64,000 nucleotides of DNA from an uncultured Bacilli bacterium (lineage in GTDB: Bacteria; Bacillota_I; Bacilli_A; RFN20; CAG-826), in NCBI GenBank assembly GCA_944327845.1, contig CALVHN010000001.1, positions 323,089 to 387,088 of the forward strand. The letters run 5' to 3'. A program made the position numbers and the translations under genes. The notes under the pieces were generated by a model. The model worked only from the letters and a program-made list of their open reading frames with translations, had not been told where the DNA came from and searched no databases. Shown piece after piece: positions 26,349 to 36,310 of this stretch; within the stretch, counting starts at the first letter, position 1; every line of letters begins with the position of its first letter.

Positions 26349-27158
26349 TTATTCTTTAACCTTAAGTTCTAAATCATAAGGTTTATTACGTACTATTGTA
26401 TTTGGGGCGATTGATTTTTTAATATAGCAATTGCTACCAATCGTTGAATTTTCACCAATTACTGTATCTCCTCCAAAAATTGAAGCACCTGAATAAATAG
26501 TTACATTATTTTCAATTGTTGGATGTCTTTTAACTGAAGATAGTTTTCTTCCTTCTTTTAAAGATAGAGCACCTAAAGTAACGCCTTGATAAATTTTTAC
26601 ATTATCTCCAATAATAGTTGTTTCACCTATTACAATTCCAGTTCCATGATCAATGAAGAAATTCTTCCCAATTATTGCTCCAGGATTAATATCAATGCCA
26701 GTTCGTGAATGTGCATATTCTGAAATAACTCTTGCTACTGATTTTAAATCTAATTTATATAATAAATGAGCAATGCGATAAGCTGAAATTGCGATAAATC
26801 CAGGATAAGTTAAAACTATTTCACTTTTTGAAGTGCAAGCTGGATCTCCTTCATAAATAGCATTAATATCACCATTAATCATTTCTTTAATTTCATATAA
26901 TCTGCCAAAAATAGAATCAAGTAGTTCGTTTGTATTAATTTTCATATTTTTTAATGCATCATATAGATCAAGACGAGCATCACTTAATAACTTATTTACA
27001 TCATTAATTGTAGGTTTTTCTTTGTAATAATTTAAAAATAGAGCAATTCTTATATCTTTATAAAAATCAATAACTTTAGAACGATCAACATTAACAAAAT
27101 TTGATAGTTTTTCATTTTCAAAATCATTCATTAATTTTTTTGATAAATTTTCAATCAT
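26349..27158 (-). CDS. cysE: Serine O-acetyltransferase
   Basis: Hexapeptide-repeat C-terminal half ([25 protein letters not shown]..) and a SAT N-terminal helical domain. It sits directly downstream of cysK. Confidence 0.85.
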   Translation of the reverse strand: MIENLSKKLMNDFENEKLSNFVNVDRSKVIDFYKDIRIALFLNYYKEKPTINDVNKLLSDARLDLYDALKNMKINTNELLDSIFGRLYEIKEMINGDINAIYEGDPACTSKSEIVLTYPGFIAISAYRIAHLLYKLDLKSVARVISEYAHSRTGIDINPGAIIGKNFFIDHGTGIVIGETTIIGDNVKIYQGVTLGALSLKEGRKLSSVKRHPTIENNVTIYSGASIFGGDTVIGENSTIGSNCYIKKSIAPNTIVRNKPYDLELKVKE

Positions 27159-27160
27159 CC

Positions 27161-28087
27161 TTAAAATAAACCTCCAACAGATAAATATCTTTCTCCATTA
27201 TCAGGAAGAATAATAACTACATTTTTTTCACTATAGATTTTTTTATCTAATTTAGATAAAGCATAAATTACAGCACCAGAAGATATTCCACAAAATAACC
27301 CTTCCATATTAGCTAATAATCTAGCTCCAAGATAGCTTTCTTCATCGCTAATATCAATAATTCGATCAACTAATTTATTATCAAATAAACCTGGAACAAA
27401 ATTCGCTCCTATTCCTTGAATTTTATGTATACCGCTTTTATTTTGAGTTAAAAGAGGAGAAGATAAAGGTTCAATTCCTATTGTTTCAACGCTTGGATTT
27501 AATTCTTTTAATCTTTTTGAAACCCCTATTAAAGTACCACTTGTTCCAAATCCAGCTAGGAAAACATCTACTTTTCCATTTAAATCATTAATAATTTCAT
27601 TAGCTGTATATTTATAATGAGCATTAATTCCGTTAACATTATTAAATTGATCACAAACAAATGAATTCTTATTTTTTAAAGCTAATTCATTTGCAACTTT
27701 AACACTTCCATCCATACCTAAACTAGCATCAGTTAAAATTACATTAGCCTTAAAAGCCTTCATCATCTGTACCCTTTCTTTTGAAGCATTTTCTGGCATA
27801 ACAATTGTGCATTTTAAATTTAAGTATGCACAAATCATCGCTAAAGAAATTCCAGTATTTCCACTAGTTGCTTCAATTATTTCAGTATTTTCATTGATTA
27901 AATTATGTTTCAATCCATCTAAAATAATTTCTTTAGCAATTCGATCTTTAATCGAACCACTTGGATTGTTTCTTTCAAACTTAGCATATATATTGAAACT
28001 TACACCAAAATATTCTTTTATTTTATCTAGTTTAACAAGCGGTGTATTTCCTATTAAATCTAATACGTTGTTACAAATCATAATCAA
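27161..28087 (-). CDS. cysK: Cysteine synthase (O-acetylserine sulfhydrylase)
   Basis: [11 protein letters not shown]-lysine motif [18 protein letters not shown] and GTSGTLIG. Confidence 0.9.
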   Translation of the reverse strand: MIMICNNVLDLIGNTPLVKLDKIKEYFGVSFNIYAKFERNNPSGSIKDRIAKEIILDGLKHNLINENTEIIEATSGNTGISLAMICAYLNLKCTIVMPENASKERVQMMKAFKANVILTDASLGMDGSVKVANELALKNKNSFVCDQFNNVNGINAHYKYTANEIINDLNGKVDVFLAGFGTSGTLIGVSKRLKELNPSVETIGIEPLSSPLLTQNKSGIHKIQGIGANFVPGLFDNKLVDRIIDISDEESYLGARLLANMEGLFCGISSGAVIYALSKLDKKIYSEKNVVIILPDNGERYLSVGGLF

Positions 28088-28132
28088 AACACAATAATTT
28101 TATCTTAAAGTAAAAAATTAATAAATGATTAC

Positions 28133-28405
28133 TCACTCTTTATTTATAAAATTATCTTTTTCTTTATTAGCATCATAATTTATCTTAAGAAAGTTTCCTT
28201 TCTTTAATAAATATGTTCCAAAAAAAGAACCAATTGCTCCTATAATAACTAAGCCAAAAAATACCCATCCTATAATTGAATTATTTGCTAGAATTTCTTC
28301 AATTGACATAGGAACAAAAATTCCAATTAAAAGAATAATAATTGAAAAAATTGTCACTATTGTTCCAAAAATATAATAAAAACGATACTTTTTCTCTTTT
28401 TTCAT
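28133..28405 (-). CDS. Small membrane protein (2 TM)
   Basis: 90 aa with two hydrophobic helices. It sits in an operon-like position. Confidence 0.45.
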   Translation of the reverse strand: MKKEKKYRFYYIFGTIVTIFSIIILLIGIFVPMSIEEILANNSIIGWVFFGLVIIGAIGSFFGTYLLKKGNFLKINYDANKEKDNFINKE

Positions 28406-28414
28406 AACTTTTAT

Positions 28415-29443
28415 TTATAAATAAGTAATTTTAATATTTGAATTATTATTAATTAATTCAACTTTAGCATTAGCACCATTTTTAATAGGTAAGGATGGAG
28501 GTAAGTGCCCTAAATCAACATCCATTAAAATCGGAACATTAAAGCTTTTTAAAATATCGATCGTAGCTTTATATTTATCTAAACCCATAATGTTTTGATC
28601 TTGACATAAAGGTCTTCCAATTAAAAAACCTTTAGTATTTTTAAACCAATCAGCTTCTTTTAATTGAAATAAAGCTCTTCTAATATCTAATGGATTTAAA
28701 TCACAAGCTTCTAAATACCATATGATTTCTTGATTATTTTTATTAAATTCCTTCATATTATCAAATTTAGTACCACATAAAGTAATTAAACAATCTAAAC
28801 ATCCACCTAATAAAATTCCCTTAAATGGACCATTATATTTATATTTTTTAATAATCTTTTTTTCTGTTAAATTATAATCAGTTAATGGATTTTCTTCACT
28901 TGCTAAGCTATTAATTTCATATTTTTTATAACCAATAAATTTATTTGAACCGTTTATTAAACGGAAAGTATCTTTTGAATCATATTTAAAAGGATAATGA
29001 TAAAATTTATTTCCACATGGTCCATAAATTGTCATAACATTGCTAATTGTTGTTAAGGTAAATGTCAAATTTGTATTATCCGAAAATCCAATAAACCATT
29101 TTGGAGGTAATTTCTTCACCATTTCAAAATCAATAAAAGGTAGAATTTCACACATAAGTTCTCCTCCGCCAACAGAAAAAATAACATCAACATCGCTTTT
29201 ATACATTTTATTAAATTCTTCTGCTCTTTTTTTAGGAGTATTTGATGAAACTACACCTTTTTCTAAATAAATATTTTCTCCTTCAACAACTTGATAATTA
29301 AGTGATTTAAAAGTTTCTATTGAAGCTTTAAGTCTAGAATAGTATGGTTCCATTGTACATCCAAAACTTGGTGCCACTAATCCTATTTTTAAATTTTTAC
29401 TAATTTTCTTTGGTTCAATAATCATTAATAATAAGAATATCAA
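28415..29443 (-). CDS. S66 peptidase (LD-carboxypeptidase / MccF-like)
   Basis: KIGLVAPS, nucleophile-Ser motif GFSDNTNL, and DLGHLPP near the C-terminus. Confidence 0.7.
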   Translation of the reverse strand: MIFLLLMIIEPKKISKNLKIGLVAPSFGCTMEPYYSRLKASIETFKSLNYQVVEGENIYLEKGVVSSNTPKKRAEEFNKMYKSDVDVIFSVGGGELMCEILPFIDFEMVKKLPPKWFIGFSDNTNLTFTLTTISNVMTIYGPCGNKFYHYPFKYDSKDTFRLINGSNKFIGYKKYEINSLASEENPLTDYNLTEKKIIKKYKYNGPFKGILLGGCLDCLITLCGTKFDNMKEFNKNNQEIIWYLEACDLNPLDIRRALFQLKEADWFKNTKGFLIGRPLCQDQNIMGLDKYKATIDILKSFNVPILMDVDLGHLPPSLPIKNGANAKVELINNNSNIKITYL

Positions 29444-29601
29444 AGTTTATTATTTTTGCAATATTTTTACTTAAAAATGGAGAAAATATTGTTATTTAAT
29501 TTAAAAACCTCTCTAAATCCGAATATTTTTCTTAATTTATCTTTTTATTTTAATGTTTCAATAAATATACAAATTTTAATTAAAACCCTTAATTTTTACT
29601 T

Positions 29602-29676
29602 TGGCGAGCCTAAGAGGATTCGAACCCCTGACACTAGATTCGGACTCTAGTAGTTTACCGATTAACCTATAGGCTC
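29602..29676 (-). tRNA. tRNA-Arg (anticodon CCG)
   Basis: Hand fold of 75 nt. The acceptor is GAGCCTA/TAGGCTC, the anticodon stem is CTAGA/TCTAG with loop GTCCGAA, the T-arm is AGGGG-TTCGAAT-CCTCT, and CCA is encoded. Confidence 0.85.
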
Positions 29677-29715
29677 ACGCAAATAAAATTATAGTAAATA
29701 AAAATATTTTTTAAT

Positions 29716-29748
29716 AATAAAAAGTTACTGGAATTCAGTAACTTTTTA
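29716..29748 (-). terminator. Terminator after the ferritin gene (hairpin is symmetric and bidirectional)
   Basis: AGTTACTG-gaatt-CAGTAACT with an 8-bp stem, flanked by A-runs and T-runs. Confidence 0.6.
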
Positions 29749-29768
29749 AAATACAAAATAAATTTAAA

Positions 29769-30254
29769 TTAATCTCTTTTACTTAATTGAGAATTCATTT
29801 TTAATAAAGCAGATTTATCATCTTTAACAAAAGAAAATTGTTTAAGCAAATCTCTGCTTCGTTTTTCTTCTTCGACTTGTTCTAAGATGAATGTTTCTAA
29901 AAATAATTTTGTAGGAACTTCATTTAATGTATTTGCAAGTTCATATAAATCATTAATTAATTTAGTAACATATTTTTCGTGCTCAACTTGTACTAATAAA
30001 GGTTTTTCTAAATCTTCATAGTGATTACTAACGCCTTCAATGCCTTTAAAAGAATAATCAAGATCTAAATCTTGCATATGTTCAATAAACTTTTCAGCAT
30101 GTTCAAATTCTTCTTTAGCTTGTTCTTTAAAGTAATGAGCAAAACCATCAAATCCTTCATTTAAATAATAATCGCTCATTCCTAAATAAAGATAAGCACT
30201 ATAAATTTCTTTGTTAATTTGATCTTCTAATAATAAAACTAATTTTTTATCCAT
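29769..30254 (-). CDS. Ferritin (non-haem, Ftn-type)
   Basis: LNKQINKE-like start (LEDQINKEIYSAYLYLGMS) and ferroxidase-centre residues in EEFEHAEKF and LEQVEEE. Confidence 0.85.
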   Translation of the reverse strand: MDKKLVLLLEDQINKEIYSAYLYLGMSDYYLNEGFDGFAHYFKEQAKEEFEHAEKFIEHMQDLDLDYSFKGIEGVSNHYEDLEKPLLVQVEHEKYVTKLINDLYELANTLNEVPTKLFLETFILEQVEEEKRSRDLLKQFSFVKDDKSALLKMNSQLSKRD

Positions 30255-30350
30255 ATTTCCTCCTTAAATTTATTGTCAATATATTTTACTATTATTTAAT
30301 GATTAAAAAAAGAAATATGCTCTGCTTTAAAAATTAAATTTAAGAGAAAT

Positions 30351-30418
30351 TTCCACCTTTTTTCCACCCAAAACATAAAAAAAGCCGATAAAATCGGCGC
30401 TTTTATAAGTTTGGTGCC
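30351..30418. repeat. 68-bp repeat, copy A, downstream of tRNA-Thr(GGT); contains its terminator
   Basis: 64 of 68 positions are identical to 40991-41058 by hand alignment. It includes the hairpin GCCGAT-aaa-ATCGGC (30384-30398), which on the minus strand is followed by T7, and the tandem GGTGGAAA motif (minus strand). Confidence 0.8.
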
Positions 30419-30485
30419 CCCTCGCAGAGTCGAACTACGCATTGATCCTTACCATGGATCCGTTATACCGATTAACTAAGGGGGC
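30412..30485 (-). tRNA. tRNA-Thr (anticodon GGT)
   Basis: Hand fold of 74 nt. The acceptor is GCCCCCT/AGGGGGC, the anticodon stem is GATCC/GGATC with loop ATGGTAA, and CCA is encoded. Confidence 0.9.
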
Positions 30486-30580
30486 AACAAGCTTTATTAT
30501 TTTATATAAAAATAGATATTAAAGCAATAAATTTTATAAAATTATATTTTTAGTAAAAATATCTTAGATTAGAAGGCTTT

Positions 30581-31876
30581 TTAGTCAATTTCAATGCCTT
30601 TTAAATCATAAACTAGAGCGTCGGTGATTTTAATTTTAACAATATCACCTATATTATGTTTGTTTTTCTTTTCAATTAATACTTCACCATCAATATCATC
30701 GGGCGCATTAAAATCACATCTTACTAAGTACGAATTATTTTTAATTCCAATAATTATTGCTTTGTATTCTTTATTAATTAAGCTTTGATTTAATTGATAT
30801 GAAATATCAGCTTGTAATGACATAATTTCATTTCTTCTTTTAATCTTAGTAGATTCTCTTACTTGATGTGGTAATTTAAAAGCGACAGTTCCTTCTTCCC
30901 TTGAATAAGTAAAGACTCCTAAATGATGGAATTTTATTTTGCTAATAAATTCCTTTAATTCATTAAAATCCTTTAAAGTTTCTCCAGGAAAACCAGTAAT
31001 TAAAGTTGTTCTTAAAATTGCATCAGGTATTTCTTTTTTAATTTTAGCAAATAGTTCAATTAAATCTTCTTTTTTATCTTTACGGTTCATTAATTTTAAA
31101 ATTTCATTTGAAGCGTGTTGAATAGGAATATCAAAATAATGTGGTAATTTATTTGATATCTTAAATAATTCGATTAATTCATCACTAATTCCATCAGGAT
31201 ATAAATATAAACAGCGGATAAATTCTAATCCTTCAATTTCGTTTAATTCCTTTAATAACCTCACTAGATTAATATTTTTATCTTTTAAATCTTTTCCATA
31301 GCTTGTAGGATCTTGCCCAATAACAACAACTTCTTTATATCCTTCCTTTACTTTTTCTTTAGTAAAATTAATAAGCTCCTCTATAGGATAAGAAATAAAT
31401 CGTCCACGGATATAAGGAATCGAACAGAAAGAACAAAAATTATTACAACCTTCAGAAATTTTTAAATAAAAAGTATATTTATCAGTTGAAATAACTCTAT
31501 TATTAAAATCAAAATAAGGGTTAATTCTTAAATTAGGAAAGAAATCTTGTAATAATTTAGGCAATGAAGAATATTCATCTTTAAATTTTATATATAAATC
31601 AACTTCAGGAATTTCTTTTTTAAGTTCATCATAATATCTTTCAACTAAACAACCAATAACAATTATTTTCTTCTTTAATTTGACCATTTCTAAAATGGTA
31701 TCGATTCCTTCTTTTTTTGCATCAAGAATGAATCCACAAGTATTTATTATGATACAATCGGATCTTTTAGGATCATTAATAAATTCAAAATCTTCTTGAT
31801 TAAATAAGCCAAGAATTGCTTCACTATCAACAGTATTTTTAACACATCCTAATGAAATTAAACAAATTTTTACCAT
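30581..31876 (-). CDS. rimO: Ribosomal protein S12 methylthiotransferase RimO
   Basis: N-terminal ISLGCVKNTVDSE is RimO-type. It also has the radical-SAM motif CNNFCSFCSIP and a C-terminal TRAM-like domain. Confidence 0.8.
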   Translation of the reverse strand: MVKICLISLGCVKNTVDSEAILGLFNQEDFEFINDPKRSDCIIINTCGFILDAKKEGIDTILEMVKLKKKIIVIGCLVERYYDELKKEIPEVDLYIKFKDEYSSLPKLLQDFFPNLRINPYFDFNNRVISTDKYTFYLKISEGCNNFCSFCSIPYIRGRFISYPIEELINFTKEKVKEGYKEVVVIGQDPTSYGKDLKDKNINLVRLLKELNEIEGLEFIRCLYLYPDGISDELIELFKISNKLPHYFDIPIQHASNEILKLMNRKDKKEDLIELFAKIKKEIPDAILRTTLITGFPGETLKDFNELKEFISKIKFHHLGVFTYSREEGTVAFKLPHQVRESTKIKRRNEIMSLQADISYQLNQSLINKEYKAIIIGIKNNSYLVRCDFNAPDDIDGEVLIEKKNKHNIGDIVKIKITDALVYDLKGIEID

Positions 31877-31878
31877 AT

Positions 31879-33333
31879 TTATCTTTTATACTCCAATATC
31901 TTAGCTTTTAATATTTTTAGTTCTTTTTTAAGTTTATTTAAATTTTTTAATTTAAATTGCCAATTAGGTTCTCCTACTGTTCCAGGAGTATTCATTCTTC
32001 CGTCTTCATCTTTTAAATTTAATAAATCCCAAACTGGTATAAAAACATAATCAGCTTTTAAAGATAAAGCATAGCTTATCATTCTCCAATTAAACGAAGA
32101 ATCATATATTTTTTTAACTTTAAATCTATGTTCTAAGGAAGAATTTTCTTTTTTTGTTAATATTTCTTTCCAAGATCTAATTGTTTGATTATCATGTGTT
32201 CCAGTATAAACTGCTTGATTCTTTTTAACTTTAAAATTCTTATCAAATATCGTAAATTCTAAAATATTCATGCCAGGAAATCTAAATTTATTTCTTAATT
32301 TAATAACCGAATCAAAAAGTTCACCTAAATCTTCTGCAATAATAGTTAGATTAATTTTTTCTTTTTTTAGTAAATTAAAAAATTCCTCTCCATATGCTTT
32401 CTCCCAAGTTCCTATTTCTGCAGTTAAAGATTCTTCAGGTATTTTATAATAAGTGTCAAAAGCTCTAAAATGGTCAATTCTTAAAAAAGAATAAAGATTT
32501 GCACTGTTTTTTATACGATTAATGAGAAAACTAAACTTATCATCTTTCATATAATCCCGATCATAAATAGGATTTCCCCACCTTTGTCCAGTTTTAGAAA
32601 AGTAATCTGGAGGACATCCGCCAACAAATTCTGGTTTACCATTTTCATCAAGTAATAACTCATCTTGATTGCTCCAAGCATCACTTGAATTACTTCCTAG
32701 ATAAAAAGGAATATCTCCCATTAAAGAAATATCTTTTTTAATTGCATAATCCTTTATTTTTTTAAATTGTTTAAAAGCGATAAATTGTTGCCATTCATAA
32801 TATAATATTTCGTTATTAAATGGAGTAAAATCAAAATTATTATATGCAGCATTTTTTTCTAATTCATTCCAAGTCCAGAAGTTAGTATTATTATTTTTCT
32901 TTAATAAAACTAAAAATTGAGCATACTTAATAATAAAAGGATTATTTATTAAAAAAGTTTTAAATTCATTAGAATCAGTATCTTTTTGTATAGAAAAAAT
33001 CTTTTTTAAATAGAATTCTTTAAATTCTCTTACTTTAGAATATTCAACCTTTGTTTCATTAAAGTTAGGAACATCTTTAATTTTAATATCATATCCTTCT
33101 TTAATTAAATCATCTAATGAGATATAAATAGGATCTATTGCATTATTACAAATTGAAGAATATGGACTATTTCCAAATCCTAATGGATTTAAAGGAAGCA
33201 TTTGCCAAATCTTAACATTATTTAATTTTAATAAATCAATTAATTTAAAACATTCATTATTAAATTCTCCTATCCCATATTTAGAAGGTAAGGAAGATAA
33301 AGGTAATAATATTCCACACAATCTTTTATTCAT
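31879..33333 (-). CDS. malQ: 4-alpha-glucanotransferase (GH77)
   Basis: GILLPLSSLPSKYGIGEF, RIDHFRAF and IAEDLG motifs. Confidence 0.85.
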   Translation of the reverse strand: MNKRLCGILLPLSSLPSKYGIGEFNNECFKLIDLLKLNNVKIWQMLPLNPLGFGNSPYSSICNNAIDPIYISLDDLIKEGYDIKIKDVPNFNETKVEYSKVREFKEFYLKKIFSIQKDTDSNEFKTFLINNPFIIKYAQFLVLLKKNNNTNFWTWNELEKNAAYNNFDFTPFNNEILYYEWQQFIAFKQFKKIKDYAIKKDISLMGDIPFYLGSNSSDAWSNQDELLLDENGKPEFVGGCPPDYFSKTGQRWGNPIYDRDYMKDDKFSFLINRIKNSANLYSFLRIDHFRAFDTYYKIPEESLTAEIGTWEKAYGEEFFNLLKKEKINLTIIAEDLGELFDSVIKLRNKFRFPGMNILEFTIFDKNFKVKKNQAVYTGTHDNQTIRSWKEILTKKENSSLEHRFKVKKIYDSSFNWRMISYALSLKADYVFIPVWDLLNLKDEDGRMNTPGTVGEPNWQFKLKNLNKLKKELKILKAKILEYKR

Positions 33334-33454
33334 TTTTAATCCTCAAACAAAGATATTTTATAATAAATAAGAACTTAAAAAAACTTTATTTAAAGAAATT
33401 TAACTTTCTTTAAATAACTTAGAAAAAAATATATTTTAATAAAAATAAAATAAT

Positions 33455-33492
33455 AATAAAAAATTCCTTTAGAAATTAAAGGAATTTTTAAA
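33455..33492 (-). terminator. Terminator after the aminopeptidase gene
   Basis: ATTCCTTTA-gaaat-TAAAGGAAT with a 9-bp stem, flanked by A-runs and T-runs. Confidence 0.55.
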
Positions 33493-33514
33493 AAACATTG
33501 CAAAACTCGACTAT

Positions 33515-34885
33515 TTAATTAGCTTTTAAGAAAGCAAGGTAGCCTTTATATGCTTCAAAAACATCAGCTTTTGAAACAATTTCCATTGGAGCATGCATAT
33601 TTAAAACAGCAATTCCAGCATCAAGAACGCTCATATTCATATTGCCTAAAATATAAGCGATAGTTCCTCCGCCACCTTGATCAACTTTTCCTAATTCAGC
33701 AGTTTGATAATTAACATTATTTTCATCCATTACTTTTCTAATGAATGCAACAAAATCTGGATTAGCATCGTTAGATCCACTCTTTCCTCTAGCACCAGTA
33801 TATTTATTAAAAACTAACCCTTCTCCTAAATAGCAAGCATTTTTAGATTCATTAACTTCTGGGAACAAAGGATCAAAACCAGCACTAACATCGCTTGATA
33901 GCATCTTAGAATTATCAAGTGTATTTCTAAAATCTTTAGCTTTAAGTTCATTTGTAGCTTCTAAGATATCATGAATTGTATTTTCAAAGAAACGAGATTG
34001 AGCGCCAGTTGCTCCAACACTTCCAATTTCTTCTTTATCAACTAAGATTGTGCAAGCAGTAAATTCAGGAACAACATCTAAATCTAAAATTGCTCTAAGT
34101 GATGTATAAGCACAGCTTCGGTCATCATGACCATATCCGGCAATCATACTTCCATCAATACCATAATCTCTAGCTTTTCCAGCTGGAACAACTTCAATTT
34201 CACTAGAAACAAAATCTTCTTCTTCAAAATTATATTTTGCTTTAAGTAAATCTAAAATAAATGATTTAAATTTATCTTTTTCAGCATCTTTTAAAGGACG
34301 ATTTCCAATAGTAACATCAAGTTTTTCACCTTCAATTAATTTAGCAGCAACTTTTGACATTTGGTCAGCAGCTAAATGTGGCAATAAATCAGAAATTCCA
34401 ACTACTGGATCGTTTTCATCTTCGCCAATAACAAAATCAACTTTGCTTCCATCTTTTTTATAAACTACCCCATGTAAGGCAAGAGGAATAGTTACCCATT
34501 GATATTTTTTAACTCCACCATAATAGTGAGTATCGAGCAATATGAAATTGTGATCCTCATATAAAGGATTTTGTTTTAAATCAAGACGTGGTGAATCAAT
34601 ATGAGCACCTAAAATTCTTAATCCATCAGAAACTTTTCTTGTTCCAATTACATAAGCGCATACATTTTTGCCTTTATTTACAAAATAAACTTTATCTCCT
34701 GGTTTTAAAGTTTCAAATTCATTAAATTCTTTAAAACCTTTATCTTTTAATAATTCAATTGAAAAATTAGTAACTTCTCTTTCAGTTTTACATTTAGAAA
34801 TAAATTCTTTATATTCATTTCCAAACTCATAAACTTCTTTTACTTCTTTTTCGCTATATTTTTCCCAAGCATTTTTTCTATACAT
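33515..34885 (-). CDS. M18-family aminopeptidase
   Basis: LGAHIDSPRLDLK, GHDDRSC and NMHAPME motifs. I chose the ATG at 34885 as the start because an AAGGAGGT RBS lies at 34891-34900. The longer track ORF would run through the secG terminator. Confidence 0.8.
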   Translation of the reverse strand: MYRKNAWEKYSEKEVKEVYEFGNEYKEFISKCKTEREVTNFSIELLKDKGFKEFNEFETLKPGDKVYFVNKGKNVCAYVIGTRKVSDGLRILGAHIDSPRLDLKQNPLYEDHNFILLDTHYYGGVKKYQWVTIPLALHGVVYKKDGSKVDFVIGEDENDPVVGISDLLPHLAADQMSKVAAKLIEGEKLDVTIGNRPLKDAEKDKFKSFILDLLKAKYNFEEEDFVSSEIEVVPAGKARDYGIDGSMIAGYGHDDRSCAYTSLRAILDLDVVPEFTACTILVDKEEIGSVGATGAQSRFFENTIHDILEATNELKAKDFRNTLDNSKMLSSDVSAGFDPLFPEVNESKNACYLGEGLVFNKYTGARGKSGSNDANPDFVAFIRKVMDENNVNYQTAELGKVDQGGGGTIAYILGNMNMSVLDAGIAVLNMHAPMEIVSKADVFEAYKGYLAFLKAN

Positions 34886-34955
34886 AGTTTTAACCTCCTT
34901 AAAAGATTTTAATACATAAAATAAAAAAGTAAAAATGATATGATAATTAAAATAA

Positions 34956-34984
34956 AAATAATAAAAAAGGGGTATTACCCCTTT
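34956..34984 (-). terminator. Rho-independent terminator after secG
   Basis: On the minus strand AAGGGGT-aat-ACCCCTT is followed by TTTTTTATTATTTTT. Confidence 0.75.
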
Positions 34985-35008
34985 CAATTAAACACATTAA
35001 TTTAATAT

Positions 35009-35314
35009 TTATCCAATAAATGAAGCAATAATTCTTAAAGCAGTTTGAGTTGCATCTCCTGTAGTTTCAGTACTATCAGCAGGAGCTTCAGTTAAAACGG
35101 TAGATAATAAAGCAAGGAAAAGGAAACAAATTGCAAATCCTAAAGTCAAATAACTAACAATTTTTTCACTACCTCTTTCTTTAGTCTTTACAAAAATATT
35201 TAATCCGCCGCCAGTAATAGCACCAGAAGCACCTTCAGATTTACCACCTTGTAATAAACTTAAAATAATAACAATAAAGGCTATAGCCCAAAAAACATAA
35301 TCATACCGTTGCAT
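35009..35314 (-). CDS. secG: Preprotein translocase subunit SecG
   Basis: 101 aa with two TM helices flanking LLQGGKSEGASGAITGGG, the Gly-rich loop typical of SecG. Confidence 0.7.
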   Translation of the reverse strand: MQRYDYVFWAIAFIVIILSLLQGGKSEGASGAITGGGLNIFVKTKERGSEKIVSYLTLGFAICFLFLALLSTVLTEAPADSTETTGDATQTALRIIASFIG

Positions 35315-35481
35315 AGAATATCCTCCAAGCTCGTAATATTTTATATTATTAATTATAATTATACAATAATGAAAAATTTATTTTTTATTTGAAAATATTG
35401 AGAAAAAAACTACGCTTTTCATTAAAAACACTGCAAATCCTGCTTATTTTATAAAAATACTATATAAATTACGCTTATATT

Positions 35482-35991
35482 TTAATTAGAATCTAAAAAA
35501 TTAGCACAAACCCTATTTCCAATAAATATATTTGAAAACATATGGTTTTCAATTAAATATATTGATGGAGTAGAGAAAAAATAGGTTTCAGAAATTGATG
35601 AAGGTTTAGCATTACTCATCTCTTTAACTAATTCATCTTGATTATAACCACTTTCTTTTTCTTTAAGCTTAGCTCTATTTTCTTTTCCTTGAGCATTTGA
35701 ATTTGAAAACATATTAAAAATGTACCCTTTTATTCCAAGATTATTTTTATTTTCTTCAAGATGATCAAATAAATTTCCTTTAATATCATCACAAAAACTA
35801 CATGAATTTGAATATAAATATATAAAATATCTATCTTCTTCCATACTATAAAAATCATCAAGACTACTTAAATAAAAATCACTATATTCACTATAATTTT
35901 TATCACTTCCTCTAATAGAAGTGATACCACAAGAAAATAGAGAAAATAATAATAAACTTGCTAATCCTAATTTAAATATATTTTTTTTCAT
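35482..35991 (-). CDS. Lipoprotein with a CxxC (thioredoxin-like) motif
   Basis: Signal peptide with lipobox LFSCG and a single CSFC motif. 169 aa. Confidence 0.5.
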   Translation of the reverse strand: MKKNIFKLGLASLLLFSLFSCGITSIRGSDKNYSEYSDFYLSSLDDFYSMEEDRYFIYLYSNSCSFCDDIKGNLFDHLEENKNNLGIKGYIFNMFSNSNAQGKENRAKLKEKESGYNQDELVKEMSNAKPSSISETYFFSTPSIYLIENHMFSNIFIGNRVCANFLDSN

Positions 35992-36004
35992 AAAATCTAA
36001 TTAA

Positions 36005-36088
36005 TGGTGCAGAAGAGGGGAATCGAACCCCCACGCTAGAAGCACAAGATTCTAAGTCTTGCGTGTATACCAGTTTCACCACTTCTGC
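36005..36088 (-). tRNA. tRNA-Leu (anticodon TAG)
   Basis: Hand fold of 84 nt with a long variable arm. The acceptor is GCAGAAG/CTTCTGC, the anticodon stem is CAAGA/TCTTG with loop CTTAGAA, and CCA is encoded. Confidence 0.9.
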
Positions 36089-36222
36089 ATGACCACTATT
36101 ATATTTTATAAACTAAAATAATACTAGAATAATTAAAAACAAAATAAGGATAGTTTACTTATTGTTCTTTAATAATTATTCAACTTATTTTATTGATTTG
36201 ATTAGTTTATAGACAAATTACA

Positions 36223-36282
36223 TTGACTTGTTGAATATTTCACATTAAACTAAAATGACTTTAGATATTAAATATCTAAAGT
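36223..36282 (+). promoter_or_regulatory. Candidate sigma-70 promoter plus an 11-bp-stem leader palindrome upstream of the giant ORF
   Basis: TTGACT (36223-36228), a 17-nt spacer, then TAAACT (36246-36251). This is followed by ACTTTAGATAT-taa-ATATCTAAAGT (36258-36282), which ends about 30 nt before the ATG. Confidence 0.35.
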
Positions 36283-36310
36283 ACTTATATTTTTATTTGG
36301 AAGGAAAGTT

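Noticed and set aside
29456-29650. 64-aa plus-strand ORF.
   Set aside because: Its 3' end is simply the antisense of tRNA-Arg(CCG) (29602-29676), and the rest is AT-rich intergenic sequence.
34886-34987. N-terminal 34-aa extension of the M18 aminopeptidase ORF (MKGVIPLFYYFYF...).
   Set aside because: The extension runs through the strong secG terminator hairpin (34967-34983). A consensus RBS precedes the internal ATG at 34885, so the downstream start is preferred.
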